From positions 1 to 26,442 of the IMG/VR virus record IMGVR_UViG_3300025018_000484: a stretch of 26,442 bases of DNA; one strand, 5' to 3'. The stretch is from a virus. Taxonomy: Duplodnaviria; Caudoviricetes. Positions 16,326 to 24,828 of the stretch are shown here, piece after piece. Made by a program: the position numbers and the translations under genes. The notes beneath the pieces were generated by a model. That model was not told the DNA's origin, ran no database searches, and saw only the letters and a program-made list of their open reading frames with translations. Every line of letters begins with the position of its first letter. The first letter of the stretch is position 1.

Positions 16326-18587
16326 TTAGAAAAACCTCGGGAGAATTGGAGCTTCCATGCGCTTCATGCGGATGTCGTGCATCTGGTCTGATTGCTGTTC
16401 GCGGCGGGCTTCCTCGAACTCCTTGACTGCCAGAGCCGCCTCAAGCTGGCGATCCTTTTCGTCGTCGGCCAGATCCATCTGCTTCATGGCAATCTTTGCC
16501 TGATGGCCCTTTTTGAGGTCCGCGTTTTCTTGCTCAAGCTGCTGGACCTTTTTCTGGACTTCGCCCATCAGCTTCTTGACCTGATCGACCGGAACCGAAT
16601 TGTCATCAGCTTCCTTGACCTTGATGAAGCGATCCGCACCGTTCTTGTAGCCAACCAGCGCGAAAATCTCGTTTAGATTTTCCTCAAACTCGACTTCCAG
16701 ACGGTTGTCCTTCATACCCATAGCGATCAGCGGCCCGGCGACATCCCATGCCGTCTTGAACCGCATCAGCTTTGCGACAGGATCAGCCGTGCCAACGCCC
16801 ACATTGACCATAACTGACACTTGAGCCTCAAGAAGCTCGTCGGTGACTTCACTGATCCCAAATTTCTCGAACACCTTGGCGCGCTTGCCGCATACAGCCA
16901 GAAGCGTTGCGTCATCCTCGTAATACTGCTCAAGAGCGACCAGTTGCGAGATAACCGGCTCCACCCATGTTTCGATGAAGATCGACAGTTTCAATTCAGA
17001 CAGAGCATTGGCGTTTTGCGAAATCATCGCCATGCCGCCGACCGTCTCGCCCAACTGGCGATTTGACTGCACAGAGCCTTGTGAGAACACACCCGCCAGC
17101 TCGTCAAAGTCGTTACCCAGCACGTTCAAGTCGCGGATGCTGTCTGGTCCAGGCCCCGGAGCGCGGTCATAGCGCACGTCGTTGTCGTCGCGGATCAGGA
17201 TCAGGTGTGAGGCGTCCTGCCGCTGCACCGCCTTCAAATCGATGTTCTTGCCAGCTTTGACAAGAGCGGTCGGGAAAATGCCCTTGCGCATTGCGTCCAT
17301 GCGAAGGTTTGTCGTTTCGTTGATCTCGTTCTGCGCCGACTGCCACGAATAGACATCACTCTCGGGATACAGCACAAAAGGGTCAATCAGGTCAGTGCCG
17401 ATCACATAGGGGCGCTGGCCCCGGAATGCCGGATAGACTTCTTCAACTGGCGTCGGGTCAGACAGGATCGCCTTATCGGCCAGCGTCCAGCAATGATAAT
17501 CCTTGCCGCCTTCGCGCCAGAAGTTCTCCCAGACATCAAGAACCTGCCCCGACCACTGGCTTTGATCGCCGATGGTTGACGCCTTCTTACTGGTCTTCGA
17601 AGTGGTTGCCGCATCGCCCTCACGGGCAGTGTGCAGACCCTGAAGATCGTCTTCGGAGAAGACCGCCGTTCCCATGATTTCATCAGACACGTCACGCCAC
17701 TTGACCGGCGAACCGCCGTCATCATCATCCATCATGGTCAGAAGGTCATCGGCGAACATCGGGTGCTGCACGATCAGGTCAGGACTGGACTGGATAGGAT
17801 CGATCCAATCAGCGCCAGGATTGATCAGGACCATTTCAAGCGGGATCAGCTCGATAACCGGCTTGTCTTCAACCACATCGATAATCTCGACGGTTTCCGT
17901 TACCGTTTCCATAAAAGGCTGACCAGTCAGGAAGTCGATAACCGCTGTGCCGTCCGCAGTCATGGCTGGGCGATCTTCCGTCTGTTCCTCATATCGTGAA
18001 ACAGTGCGATAGCGCCAATACTGCTTGGAACAGCACATGCCCATCACCGAAGCCTGTTGACGAGCGGCAAGCGTGGTGCGCATGAGCGGCAAGCCGTGCT
18101 TGTGCGTCTTGTTCCCGGCCCGGTAATTCAGGATTTCCTTCTGCATCGCAGCATTAGCGCGCTGCACCGGATCGGATTCATCGTTGGCATTTGTCGAGAT
18201 GACATCAGCCGTCGAGAACAGGGCCGACTGGCAGGCAAGCAGCGTCTTGAGTACCGATACCCGGCTCTTGGGCTTGAAATAGCTTGCGCGGCCCTTGTAC
18301 AGGTCTTTGTGATAGCGCGACCGGGGATGGTGGCGCGACCGGAATGCAGCTTCCGATTCTTCCCAACGCTTGACGGCTGCGATCTGCTGATAATTACGTG
18401 CGCGGCGCTTGGCCTCGCCCAGGTATTTCAGAACCTCAGCATCGGAGAATTCGGGGCTTTCGCCTTCCATGCCGTAATCGTCCGCGTCATCCGGTTCCTC
18501 GCCAATTCCAGGCATGGATGAACCGCCGCCGATCTTATCGGGATCGAGCTTGGGCTCTAGCGGATCGCGGTTTTCGTTTATCGACAT
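16326..18587 (-). CDS. portal protein (podovirus type)
   Basis: 753 aa downstream of terL, with a C-terminal coiled-coil barrel. Motifs AQNEINETTNLRMD and ETVGGMAMISQNAN...FIETWVEPV. Confidence 0.85.
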   Translation of the reverse strand: MSINENRDPLEPKLDPDKIGGGSSMPGIGEEPDDADDYGMEGESPEFSDAEVLKYLGEAKRRARNYQQIAAVKRWEESEAAFRSRHHPRSRYHKDLYKGRASYFKPKSRVSVLKTLLACQSALFSTADVISTNANDESDPVQRANAAMQKEILNYRAGNKTHKHGLPLMRTTLAARQQASVMGMCCSKQYWRYRTVSRYEEQTEDRPAMTADGTAVIDFLTGQPFMETVTETVEIIDVVEDKPVIELIPLEMVLINPGADWIDPIQSSPDLIVQHPMFADDLLTMMDDDDGGSPVKWRDVSDEIMGTAVFSEDDLQGLHTAREGDAATTSKTSKKASTIGDQSQWSGQVLDVWENFWREGGKDYHCWTLADKAILSDPTPVEEVYPAFRGQRPYVIGTDLIDPFVLYPESDVYSWQSAQNEINETTNLRMDAMRKGIFPTALVKAGKNIDLKAVQRQDASHLILIRDDNDVRYDRAPGPGPDSIRDLNVLGNDFDELAGVFSQGSVQSNRQLGETVGGMAMISQNANALSELKLSIFIETWVEPVISQLVALEQYYEDDATLLAVCGKRAKVFEKFGISEVTDELLEAQVSVMVNVGVGTADPVAKLMRFKTAWDVAGPLIAMGMKDNRLEVEFEENLNEIFALVGYKNGADRFIKVKEADDNSVPVDQVKKLMGEVQKKVQQLEQENADLKKGHQAKIAMKQMDLADDEKDRQLEAALAVKEFEEARREQQSDQMHDIRMKRMEAPILPRFF

Positions 18588-18919
18588 GCAAATGCCTCTT
18601 TGGCCGTGGCCTTGGCGTCTTCATACTGCTGGTAGTCTTCAAGCGCCTTGCGTGGCAGGTTGGCCCGCTCAAGCATTTCACCAGCAACACGGATCAGCGC
18701 CTTTTCCATGTCAGGTTCTCCGGGGTGGATGAACATGCAGGCTTGGTTCTCAGCCATCAGGGAATGGTCAACCCTGATCCATTTCTGGTCTGTGTTGAAT
18801 TCCACCATGAACAGGTGCGACGGGTATGCTTTCCACAGGACGTTGCGCGCCCACTGCTCGATATGTTTTTTCAATTCGCGCTCTTTGGCGATGTGGGCGG
18901 GGAGGATCAGGCCGGTCAT
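18578..18919 (-). CDS. hypothetical protein
   Basis: 113 aa, abuts the upstream small ORF and overlaps the portal start. Confidence 0.7.
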   Translation of the reverse strand: MTGLILPAHIAKERELKKHIEQWARNVLWKAYPSHLFMVEFNTDQKWIRVDHSLMAENQACMFIHPGEPDMEKALIRVAGEMLERANLPRKALEDYQQYEDAKATAKEAFACR

Positions 18920-19078
18920 CTATTCATCCGCCTGATAAACATTATCCCGGTGGTCCTCGAACTTGCGCCCCGTGAACTTGTACGCCGGGAGATAATTGCG
19001 ATCACGCAGCCATTCAGGGTCAACGCGACGGCAGATTTCCTCAAGCGTTTCTTCTTTCGTGCGGACAGTTGCGGTCAT
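18920..19078 (-). CDS. 52-aa hypothetical protein (MTATVRTKEETLEEICRRVDPEW...), not in ORF track
   Basis: Hand translation. ATGA overlap with the terL stop, and its TAG abuts the next ATG. Confidence 0.6.
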   Translation of the reverse strand: MTATVRTKEETLEEICRRVDPEWLRDRNYLPAYKFTGRKFEDHRDNVYQADE

Positions 19079-20769
19079 GACCAGATATCCATTTCGTTCA
19101 ATGCCGCCGCCTCGTTCATTTCCTTGTTCGATACAGACTGAATCGTCAGGTCATAGACCCGGCTTGCCGCATCGCTGAAATCGTCATGGCTGGCGTTTGG
19201 GAAGTCTTTCAGCTCGTTGATCAACGTCTGAGTGATGTCGTAAAGCTGTCCGTTTTCATCCCGGCGCTTGATGGCCTGCGCTACCCGCCACGCTTCCCCA
19301 CCGTCCGTAACCCGCCGCATGGCGCTCGTGGGGCCTCGTGAGCGCGTGTAGCTGATGCCGTGGTCCTCTGCCGACCAGTAGCACTCTCCGCCTTCCTCTT
19401 GCCGCCATATGACCGCAGGAAGAAAGAACCGTGAGCCTTTGAAATCCGGTTCGAGGCGTTGAATGCGATCCTCTTTCGCGTGACCGCCCGAGCGAGGCCA
19501 GTTGATTTCCTCAATCGGGAAATGTGCGCCTTCAATCTCCTGCCGTTCCCGGATATAGGCGAGGTCCGATTGCATCCCGTATTTCTCGTAGCCGACAGCG
19601 ACATATGCGACACCCGGAGCCCGTTGCCACCGCTGGTGAAGTGTCTTGAGCGCCGTCCAGCGTTCCGAAAGGCTCATCCGGTGGCAATAACCATCCAGAA
19701 GGTACTTGTTGCCGCCTGCGTCGATCCCGATCACCGCCATGGCCGTCCGGTCCGATGTCTTGCTTGCGCCTTCGGATGGGTCAACCAGAATAGCGATTGT
19801 CAGCGTCCGGGGCCTTACCTCGTAGCTGTTGAACGCCGACATCGGGAACGCCGGGTTCATGCTCAGTCGTGGGTCTTGCATGTACTGGCTGGCGAATGTC
19901 TTTCCGTCCCGCCTCAGTACGTCGATCTGTGAAAGGCTGTGTTTGGCTTCCCAGAGTGGGCCGGGTTCCAAATTATGCCCGATTTCAATCCCGTGCGTGT
20001 ATTCGGTCGGATAGGTGTAATCCTCGTCAATCAGCACCGGCAGATTGAGATGGTGCCAGTGATCGCCAGACCCGCCCCGCAACAGGTATCCGGCCAAATC
20101 GTTGTTGTGGACCCGCTGCATGATGACAATCATGGGGGTGTTTTCGTCGGCGCGGCGTGAGCGGATCGTGCTTGTGAACCGCTCGTTAATGAATTCCCGC
20201 TTTGTCTCGGAACTCGCATCATCGGGCTTGAGAGCATCGTCAACGATCAGAGCGCCGGTAAAGCCCTCTTCCATCAAGCCCGCGCCAAAGCCGGTCACCT
20301 GGCCCCCCGCCGATGTGGCGCGAAACTCCCCGCCCTTGTCCGTTTCCCATAGGGCCTTGCCCGAGCTATCCGACCGCAGCGCCATCGGCCACAGCGCTTG
20401 ATATTCCGGCGATGCGATAACGTCCTTCGTGTCCGCCGAGTTCTTCATCACCAGGTCTTGCGCGTAAGACAGGTGGATGAACTTCGAGCGCGGGTTGATC
20501 GCCATTCCACGGGCAACCAGCATCACAACCGCAAAGATCGTCTTTGTGTAGCGAGGCGGCACCGAGATTATCAGATGCTTGATCTCGCCTGAGATTACCT
20601 TGTCTAGCGCCGACCCCATCAGGGCGTGGTGTCGGCCAACCAGCATCGGGGCGTTTGTTACCGCCCGATAGAAAAACTTCGAGAACTCCAGATGGTCGCG
20701 GAGAAGAACCTCACGAACCACAGCGCATTCAGCGGGGGTGAAGTCCTTCAGCAGGCCGGGGTTGATCAC
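19075..20769 (-). CDS. terL: terminase large subunit
   Basis: Walker A-like LIISVPPRYTKT, Walker B LIVDD, motif III IMQR. RNase H-like nuclease LVDP...SDRTA...HDDFSDA. Confidence 0.93.
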   Translation of the reverse strand: MINPGLLKDFTPAECAVVREVLLRDHLEFSKFFYRAVTNAPMLVGRHHALMGSALDKVISGEIKHLIISVPPRYTKTIFAVVMLVARGMAINPRSKFIHLSYAQDLVMKNSADTKDVIASPEYQALWPMALRSDSSGKALWETDKGGEFRATSAGGQVTGFGAGLMEEGFTGALIVDDALKPDDASSETKREFINERFTSTIRSRRADENTPMIVIMQRVHNNDLAGYLLRGGSGDHWHHLNLPVLIDEDYTYPTEYTHGIEIGHNLEPGPLWEAKHSLSQIDVLRRDGKTFASQYMQDPRLSMNPAFPMSAFNSYEVRPRTLTIAILVDPSEGASKTSDRTAMAVIGIDAGGNKYLLDGYCHRMSLSERWTALKTLHQRWQRAPGVAYVAVGYEKYGMQSDLAYIRERQEIEGAHFPIEEINWPRSGGHAKEDRIQRLEPDFKGSRFFLPAVIWRQEEGGECYWSAEDHGISYTRSRGPTSAMRRVTDGGEAWRVAQAIKRRDENGQLYDITQTLINELKDFPNASHDDFSDAASRVYDLTIQSVSNKEMNEAAALNEMDIWS

Positions 20770-21267
20770 TCAAAGCCCCTTTAGCTTTGCAATCGCGCTT
20801 TCGATGTCTTTCGGGTCAACCGTGTGCGTCGTGCGGGTTTCGATGGGCCCACCGTTCGGGCCGGTCTGTTCTTGGACGATCTTGTCACCGTAGACCTTGG
20901 GACGTAGCTTTCCGGCGATCCACTTGCGCGCGTCAATGCGGAGCTGCGAGCGGCGAACGTGGTCACCGTTCATCTGCCAGCCGATGTTTTCCCCGTCGCC
21001 GTTCCTGCGCTCCATCCAGTCGTTTGAAGCGTCGTCTGCAATGTCGATCATTTCATCGAAGATCGTGTCGGCCTGTATTTCCCTTGCCCGCGCATATTGG
21101 TCGCTAAACTCAGGCTTTGCGGCCAACCACCTAAATACGGTCGCCTTGTTTGGCATGTCCTCATTGATGCAAATCGTTCTGAGGCTTTCCCCGTCTGCGA
21201 TGCGCTCGCATATCGTGTCGGCAAGTTCTTGCGTGAACGAACTTGGTCGCCCTGGTGTCAGCGCCAT
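20770..21267 (-). CDS. terS: terminase small subunit (Sf6-like)
   Basis: GRPSSFTQELADTICERIADGESLRTIC...FSDQYARARE...RIDARKWIAGKLRPKVYGDK. Abuts terL. Confidence 0.9.
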   Translation of the reverse strand: MALTPGRPSSFTQELADTICERIADGESLRTICINEDMPNKATVFRWLAAKPEFSDQYARAREIQADTIFDEMIDIADDASNDWMERRNGDGENIGWQMNGDHVRRSQLRIDARKWIAGKLRPKVYGDKIVQEQTGPNGGPIETRTTHTVDPKDIESAIAKLKGL

Positions 21268-21294
21268 GTGTTGCGCCTTCCTTGGTTATTCCGG

Positions 21295-21486
21295 CTATCC
21301 GTATTGCTCTAGCTGGTATGCGTGGTGCCTGAGAATGGAAGCAACGCCTTCCGGGTCGTTCACATCGAGCATTGCTGAAATGACGGCCTCTAGCATGAGC
21401 ATGTTGCGGTGGTGCAGATGGACTGCGACGGCATGATCTGCCTGTTCTGTGAGTGCCTGGATGGCGGGGTCTAGTTTATCGTTCAT
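21295..21486 (-). CDS. hypothetical protein
   Basis: 63 aa. ATGA-coupled to the upstream small ORF. Confidence 0.55.
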   Translation of the reverse strand: MNDKLDPAIQALTEQADHAVAVHLHHRNMLMLEAVISAMLDVNDPEGVASILRHHAYQLEQYG

Positions 21487-21620
21487 CGCTTGATTGATCT
21501 TGCCTTGACGCGAAAGCGGGGCTTTTGAAACCAGACGAACCCGACAGGCCAGACAAACTCGACGTCATCCACCTCGCAGGTGTCACGCATCGGGCGCTCG
21601 TACCAGTCAGGTTCCGTCAT
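21483..21620 (-). CDS. 45-aa hypothetical protein (MTEPDWYERPMRDTCEVDD...), not in ORF track
   Basis: Hand translation. ATGA overlaps at both ends. Confidence 0.5.
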   Translation of the reverse strand: MTEPDWYERPMRDTCEVDDVEFVWPVGFVWFQKPRFRVKARSIKR

Positions 21621-21754
21621 GCCCTCTTGCACTCACTGGCGGAGAACCACTGATCATTGACGCGGATCATATGCTGGCCTGTCTTGGTGCTGTTGCGCTG
21701 GACAGTGCCGGTTGTTCCGTCAGGCGTGGTGATCTGTGTGCCGAGCTTGAGCAT
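21617..21754 (-). CDS. 45-aa hypothetical protein (MLKLGTQITTPDGTTGTV...), not in ORF track
   Basis: Hand translation. GGAG RBS upstream and ATGA overlap downstream. Confidence 0.55.
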   Translation of the reverse strand: MLKLGTQITTPDGTTGTVQRNSTKTGQHMIRVNDQWFSASECKRA

Positions 21755-21787
21755 GGTGTCTCCGGTGATGTGTGAAGTTGCGAGGGA

Positions 21788-22000
21788 TTATTCGTCCCAT
21801 ACGCTGCATATAACCGTCGCGATGTTGAGCCTGGGCATGACGCCCTCGACGGAGTTGCATGTCGGGCATGGAGCCCCGGCCCCGCAATCACAGGCGTCGT
21901 CTCGCTTGCTGCCACCATCGCGCCATGGGCGGTCGTTGTGGTTTTCGCAGACGAACCCGATGCTATCGCAGACAGAGCACTCGACTATGGTGTTGCCCAT
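21788..22000 (-). CDS. small Cys-rich, probably zinc-binding protein
   Basis: 70 aa with CSVC, CENH, CDC and CPTC. AAGGGG RBS. Confidence 0.6.
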   Translation of the reverse strand: MGNTIVECSVCDSIGFVCENHNDRPWRDGGSKRDDACDCGAGAPCPTCNSVEGVMPRLNIATVICSVWDE

Positions 22001-22091
22001 TGGGTGCCCCTTAATGTGGCGAGGTTGCCCGCCATCACCTGCTATTGAGCTACTAGGCTTCTGAGGGTGCCCAGGGGGCGGGCAATGGGTA

Positions 22092-22231
22092 CAGGACGGG
22101 CCAGGCTTGATACTGGCTTTGGCATACTAGCCACCCGGTTGCCGTCGCGCCCGGTGGTGTTAGCTCTCTGTCAGCTTATGGTCGCGGTTTCCCTAACCAT
22201 ATCTCGCGCTTCCTTCAGCGCCGCCGTCCTG
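22092..22231 (-). ncRNA. tRNA-like structured RNA with an expanded, anticodon-less central domain
   Basis: Acceptor-like stem CAGGACGG/CCGUCCUG, D-like arm GCGC-UGAAGGAA-GCGC and T-like arm GCCAG-UAUCAAGC-CUGGC directly before the 3' acceptor strand. About 87 nt lie between the D and T arms. Confidence 0.6.
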
Positions 22232-22567
22232 ATCTGTATTGCCCTGTAGGGGCGGATGAATGAAGCAAGGCATTCGCGCCTTGAGCCTGCCGACACGCGA
22301 CAGGTGGGTGATGATTACCGGCCCAGAGGCGCGTCGTTGAGAGGCGGGGCCGGAGACTTGACACCGATGGTGCGCAGTGCTGCGTCCGGTGCCAAGGTTG
22401 ATCGTTGCCGTTTCCGGCGAATTGGTTGCCCGTGTATTCGGCCCCATCGGGCAGGGCTTGAAAATGCAGTAGCACCGCGCGGCAAACCGAACGGCGTTTG
22501 CAGGTGGTGAAATCCTGCCAGTCAGGCGGGGGAAAGCGGCCCACGTCGCCAAATCACCTATAAGCAC

Positions 22568-22596
22568 AATTTAGGCCACATCTTCGATATCGTCAA
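22568..22596 (-). promoter_or_regulatory. putative sigma70 late promoter (pR'-like)
   Basis: TTGACG (22596-22591), 17-nt spacer, TAAATT (22573-22568). Overlaps the 3' end of the NusG-like gene and points into the leader and virion operon. Confidence 0.65.
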
Positions 22597-23197
22597 CTGA
22601 CAGTTCGATTTTTCCCAGCTTGTCAATAATTGCCCTTATGGTCTGCCTGCCCGTGACCGACAGGACCGTGAAGTCCAAGCCCCCTAGCCGCTTGTGGTAA
22701 ACATGATGACGCGAGCCTTCGATATATTTCCGGCCAAGGCGCTTCTTAGGTGGATCGACACGGTGGGCGCGGGCGCGTTCGTACTCCACATAGCACTCCC
22801 ATTCGACCATGCGCAGGCGATGGATATCCAAGGCCGGGATGCGCACGTTCTCATGACCGCAGCGCAGGATATCAATCACGCCGTCTGCAAATTGGAGTGC
22901 CTGCCAATCTCTGACATTGCGCACGAACACATATCCTGGAAGGATCGGCTCTCGTTCTGTGACCCAGACACCACGCTTGCGACGGTGAGGAAACTCCTTG
23001 CTGGCCATGGGAAGGAAATACTCAAGATCGAGCGCGTCCAGAGCCACCTCGATATTCGTCCGATGATCAATATCGGGCAGCAGAAATTGATACGATCCGC
23101 CCTTGGGGCCATGGAATATCATGCGCTGGTTGGCTACGCGCGTGGCATGACCGGAGATCCGCGCTGCGTACCAATATGGATTTGTCCACTCTGTCAT
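22571..23197 (-). CDS. NusG/RfaH-family transcription antiterminator (phage late regulator)
   Basis: NGN-domain hallmarks WYAA...YFLPM...EPILPGYVFV...DGVIDIL...IP, with a degenerate KOW-like C-terminus. Occupies the lambda Q-equivalent position. Confidence 0.85.
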   Translation of the reverse strand: MTEWTNPYWYAARISGHATRVANQRMIFHGPKGGSYQFLLPDIDHRTNIEVALDALDLEYFLPMASKEFPHRRKRGVWVTEREPILPGYVFVRNVRDWQALQFADGVIDILRCGHENVRIPALDIHRLRMVEWECYVEYERARAHRVDPPKKRLGRKYIEGSRHHVYHKRLGGLDFTVLSVTGRQTIRAIIDKLGKIELSVDDIEDVA

Positions 23198-23245
23198 GTG
23201 CGTTTTGCCCCGCGTTGGTTCATGTGCGCTTGCGCTTGAGTGCTT

Positions 23246-23689
23246 TCATGAATCCATCCCCGCAAGTTCCTTGATATATTGGTTGAGCCGACGCCTGGAA
23301 TAGAACACGTCGCGCTCTTCGGCCTGCTGTTTGGCGTACCTGCTCATTCTGGAATATTTGCCGCTTTCAGACATGGACCGAAGCCCGCTGGTCTCGATCT
23401 CAAAGCCTACCCGTCGCGCATCGCTGTCTATCCGACGTTCTTCAAGCTCTTCTTCAGTGAGTTGGCCTGTCAGGCGGCGTCTGAGTTTTGCAACCTGTTC
23501 GAGCAGATATGATTTGTGGCTACTGCTCACCATCGCCTCTGTTTCCGGTGAGGATGGCGGGTACGTGATACCATTCGCGGCCATGCCGCCCGACATAGAC
23601 TTTGACGCCGCCGTAACCGCCTGCTTTGCCGCTCTGGGACCAGCCACGACAGCTCCACCCATGATTCCGAGAAAGCCGCGTCTTTTCAT
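23246..23689 (-). CDS. hypothetical protein with a twin-arginine-like N-terminus
   Basis: MKRRGFLGIMGGAVVAGPRAAKQA. ATG 23689 overlaps the upstream stop (ATGA). Confidence 0.65.
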   Translation of the reverse strand: MKRRGFLGIMGGAVVAGPRAAKQAVTAASKSMSGGMAANGITYPPSSPETEAMVSSSHKSYLLEQVAKLRRRLTGQLTEEELEERRIDSDARRVGFEIETSGLRSMSESGKYSRMSRYAKQQAEERDVFYSRRRLNQYIKELAGMDS

Positions 23690-24255
23690 TCCGTCACCCA
23701 TCCTTTCAGGTCTGCAACGCTTGGGTCATTTGATGCAATAAGGGCGTCGATCCGGGCGATGGCATTTAAAGCCGTGGAATGGTCACGCCCGCCGAAATGC
23801 CTGCCGATCTGGGGGTATGAAAGCATGGTCAGCTTTTTCACAACCCAAATCATCTTGTGACGCAAAAGGACCAATGCCCGCGTCCGTCGCTCACTGCGAA
23901 TGTCAATCTTGCTCACGCCATAATGATCGCACATTTTCGTAATAATATCATCAGCATAAACGCGATTCCCCCCGGAATCGTTGTAGGCTCCGAGCTTGTA
24001 CTCCAGATCCGAAACCTGCTTCCCGAGCCGCGCGCATTCCGACTTGTACCAGGCATAGACATGGGCATCGTGCTGGATAGGGCCTTTGGGGAGAACAGGT
24101 TGCACAAGCTTGAACACAACGGCAGGCTTCTGCGGCTCGGGTGTCGGCGCGGGATCGGAAAGAACCTTGCGCGGTGGGGAGCCGTAAAGCTTCGCCTTGA
24201 TAGCTGCCGCCCGATGCGGAGTAGTCGTCGGGGAAACATCAATCAGGCCCATCAC
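23686..24255 (-). CDS. phage protein with a DnaA C-terminal (domain IV) helix-turn-helix
   Basis: IITKMCDHYGVSKIDIRSERRTRALVLLRH...LSYPQIGRHFGGRDHSTALNAIARI is the DnaA domain IV signature. No AAA+ domain. Confidence 0.85.
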   Translation of the reverse strand: MMGLIDVSPTTTPHRAAAIKAKLYGSPPRKVLSDPAPTPEPQKPAVVFKLVQPVLPKGPIQHDAHVYAWYKSECARLGKQVSDLEYKLGAYNDSGGNRVYADDIITKMCDHYGVSKIDIRSERRTRALVLLRHKMIWVVKKLTMLSYPQIGRHFGGRDHSTALNAIARIDALIASNDPSVADLKGWVTE

Positions 24256-24359
24256 CCTGCCCTCCCCGTAAGCTTGGCGACATGGGCAGCGCGTTCTGCC
24301 TCGCTGGGACGGGACGGGGCCATATGGACTACGTTATCGGGTCTTGTGGACTGGATCAT
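24252..24359 (-). CDS. 35-aa hypothetical protein (MIQSTRPDNVVHM...), not in ORF track
   Basis: Hand translation. GGAGG RBS and start/stop overlaps at both ends. Confidence 0.45.
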   Translation of the reverse strand: MIQSTRPDNVVHMAPSRPSEAERAAHVAKLTGRAG

Positions 24360-24502
24360 CGGGTGGCCTCCTGCGGCTTCTTGTGCGAAGCGACGATTTT
24401 CTTGACCTGCTCAAAATGGGCGGATCGTTCTTCCTTGGTCAGGCTCCACAACCAGTTCTCGTAGGTTTGGGCCTTGGGCTTCATCTTCACCGCGGATTTC
24501 AT
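24356..24502 (-). CDS. 48-aa hypothetical protein (MKSAVKMKPKAQTYENW...), not in ORF track
   Basis: Hand translation. ATGA overlaps at both ends. Confidence 0.5.
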   Translation of the reverse strand: MKSAVKMKPKAQTYENWLWSLTKEERSAHFEQVKKIVASHKKPQEATR

Positions 24503-24828
24503 GCCTTGCCCCCTTCGATTGCGACGAACTTGCCACTCATGCCGATCTCGCGAAGGTTCTTGGCGGCGAGGAGTTGCCGGATCTCATTCCTTCGCCGGAT
24601 CTCCGCGCAAAGCTCGGCTGTGGAAGGAACAAAGGATCGGTTCTCATGCCCCTGCCCGCCCTGCATGATGCGCCTGATTGCGTCGGCAACGTCGCCAAGA
24701 TCGAATTCCTCGACCGTGAAAACGTAAGCTTCCATCTGTGCATCAACGTCCGCGACCGGCGACTGAGGGAAGGAGTTGAACATCATCGCCAAGAGTTTGG
24801 CCGTCTGAATTTTGTCCTGCTTGTTCAT
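24499..24828 (-). CDS. putative replication accessory protein (helicase loader/inhibitor-like position)
   Basis: Likely start MNKQDKIQ at 24828. The FVPSTAELC motif resembles the F.P..AE motif of proteins that follow phage initiators. Overlaps the initiator 3' end. Confidence 0.55.
   Translation of the reverse strand: MNKQDKIQTAKLLAMMFNSFPQSPVADVDAQMEAYVFTVEEFDLGDVADAIRRIMQGGQGHENRSFVPSTAELCAEIRRRNEIRQLLAAKNLREIGMSGKFVAIEGGKA

Noticed and set aside
22036-22062. GCCUAGUAGCUCAAUAGCAG resembling a tRNA 5' end
   Set aside because: No matching D-stem 3' strand, T arm or acceptor partner found. At most a remnant.
22092-22231. Canonical tRNA gene
   Set aside because: No 7-nt anticodon loop on a 5-bp stem, C in place of U8, and an 8-nt T-like loop. 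Reported as tRNA-like instead.
22193-22567. 124-aa and 109-aa - strand ORFs in the leader
   Set aside because: Non-ATG starts at or just after the predicted transcription start, no RBS and unstructured composition. The region is better explained as structured RNA.
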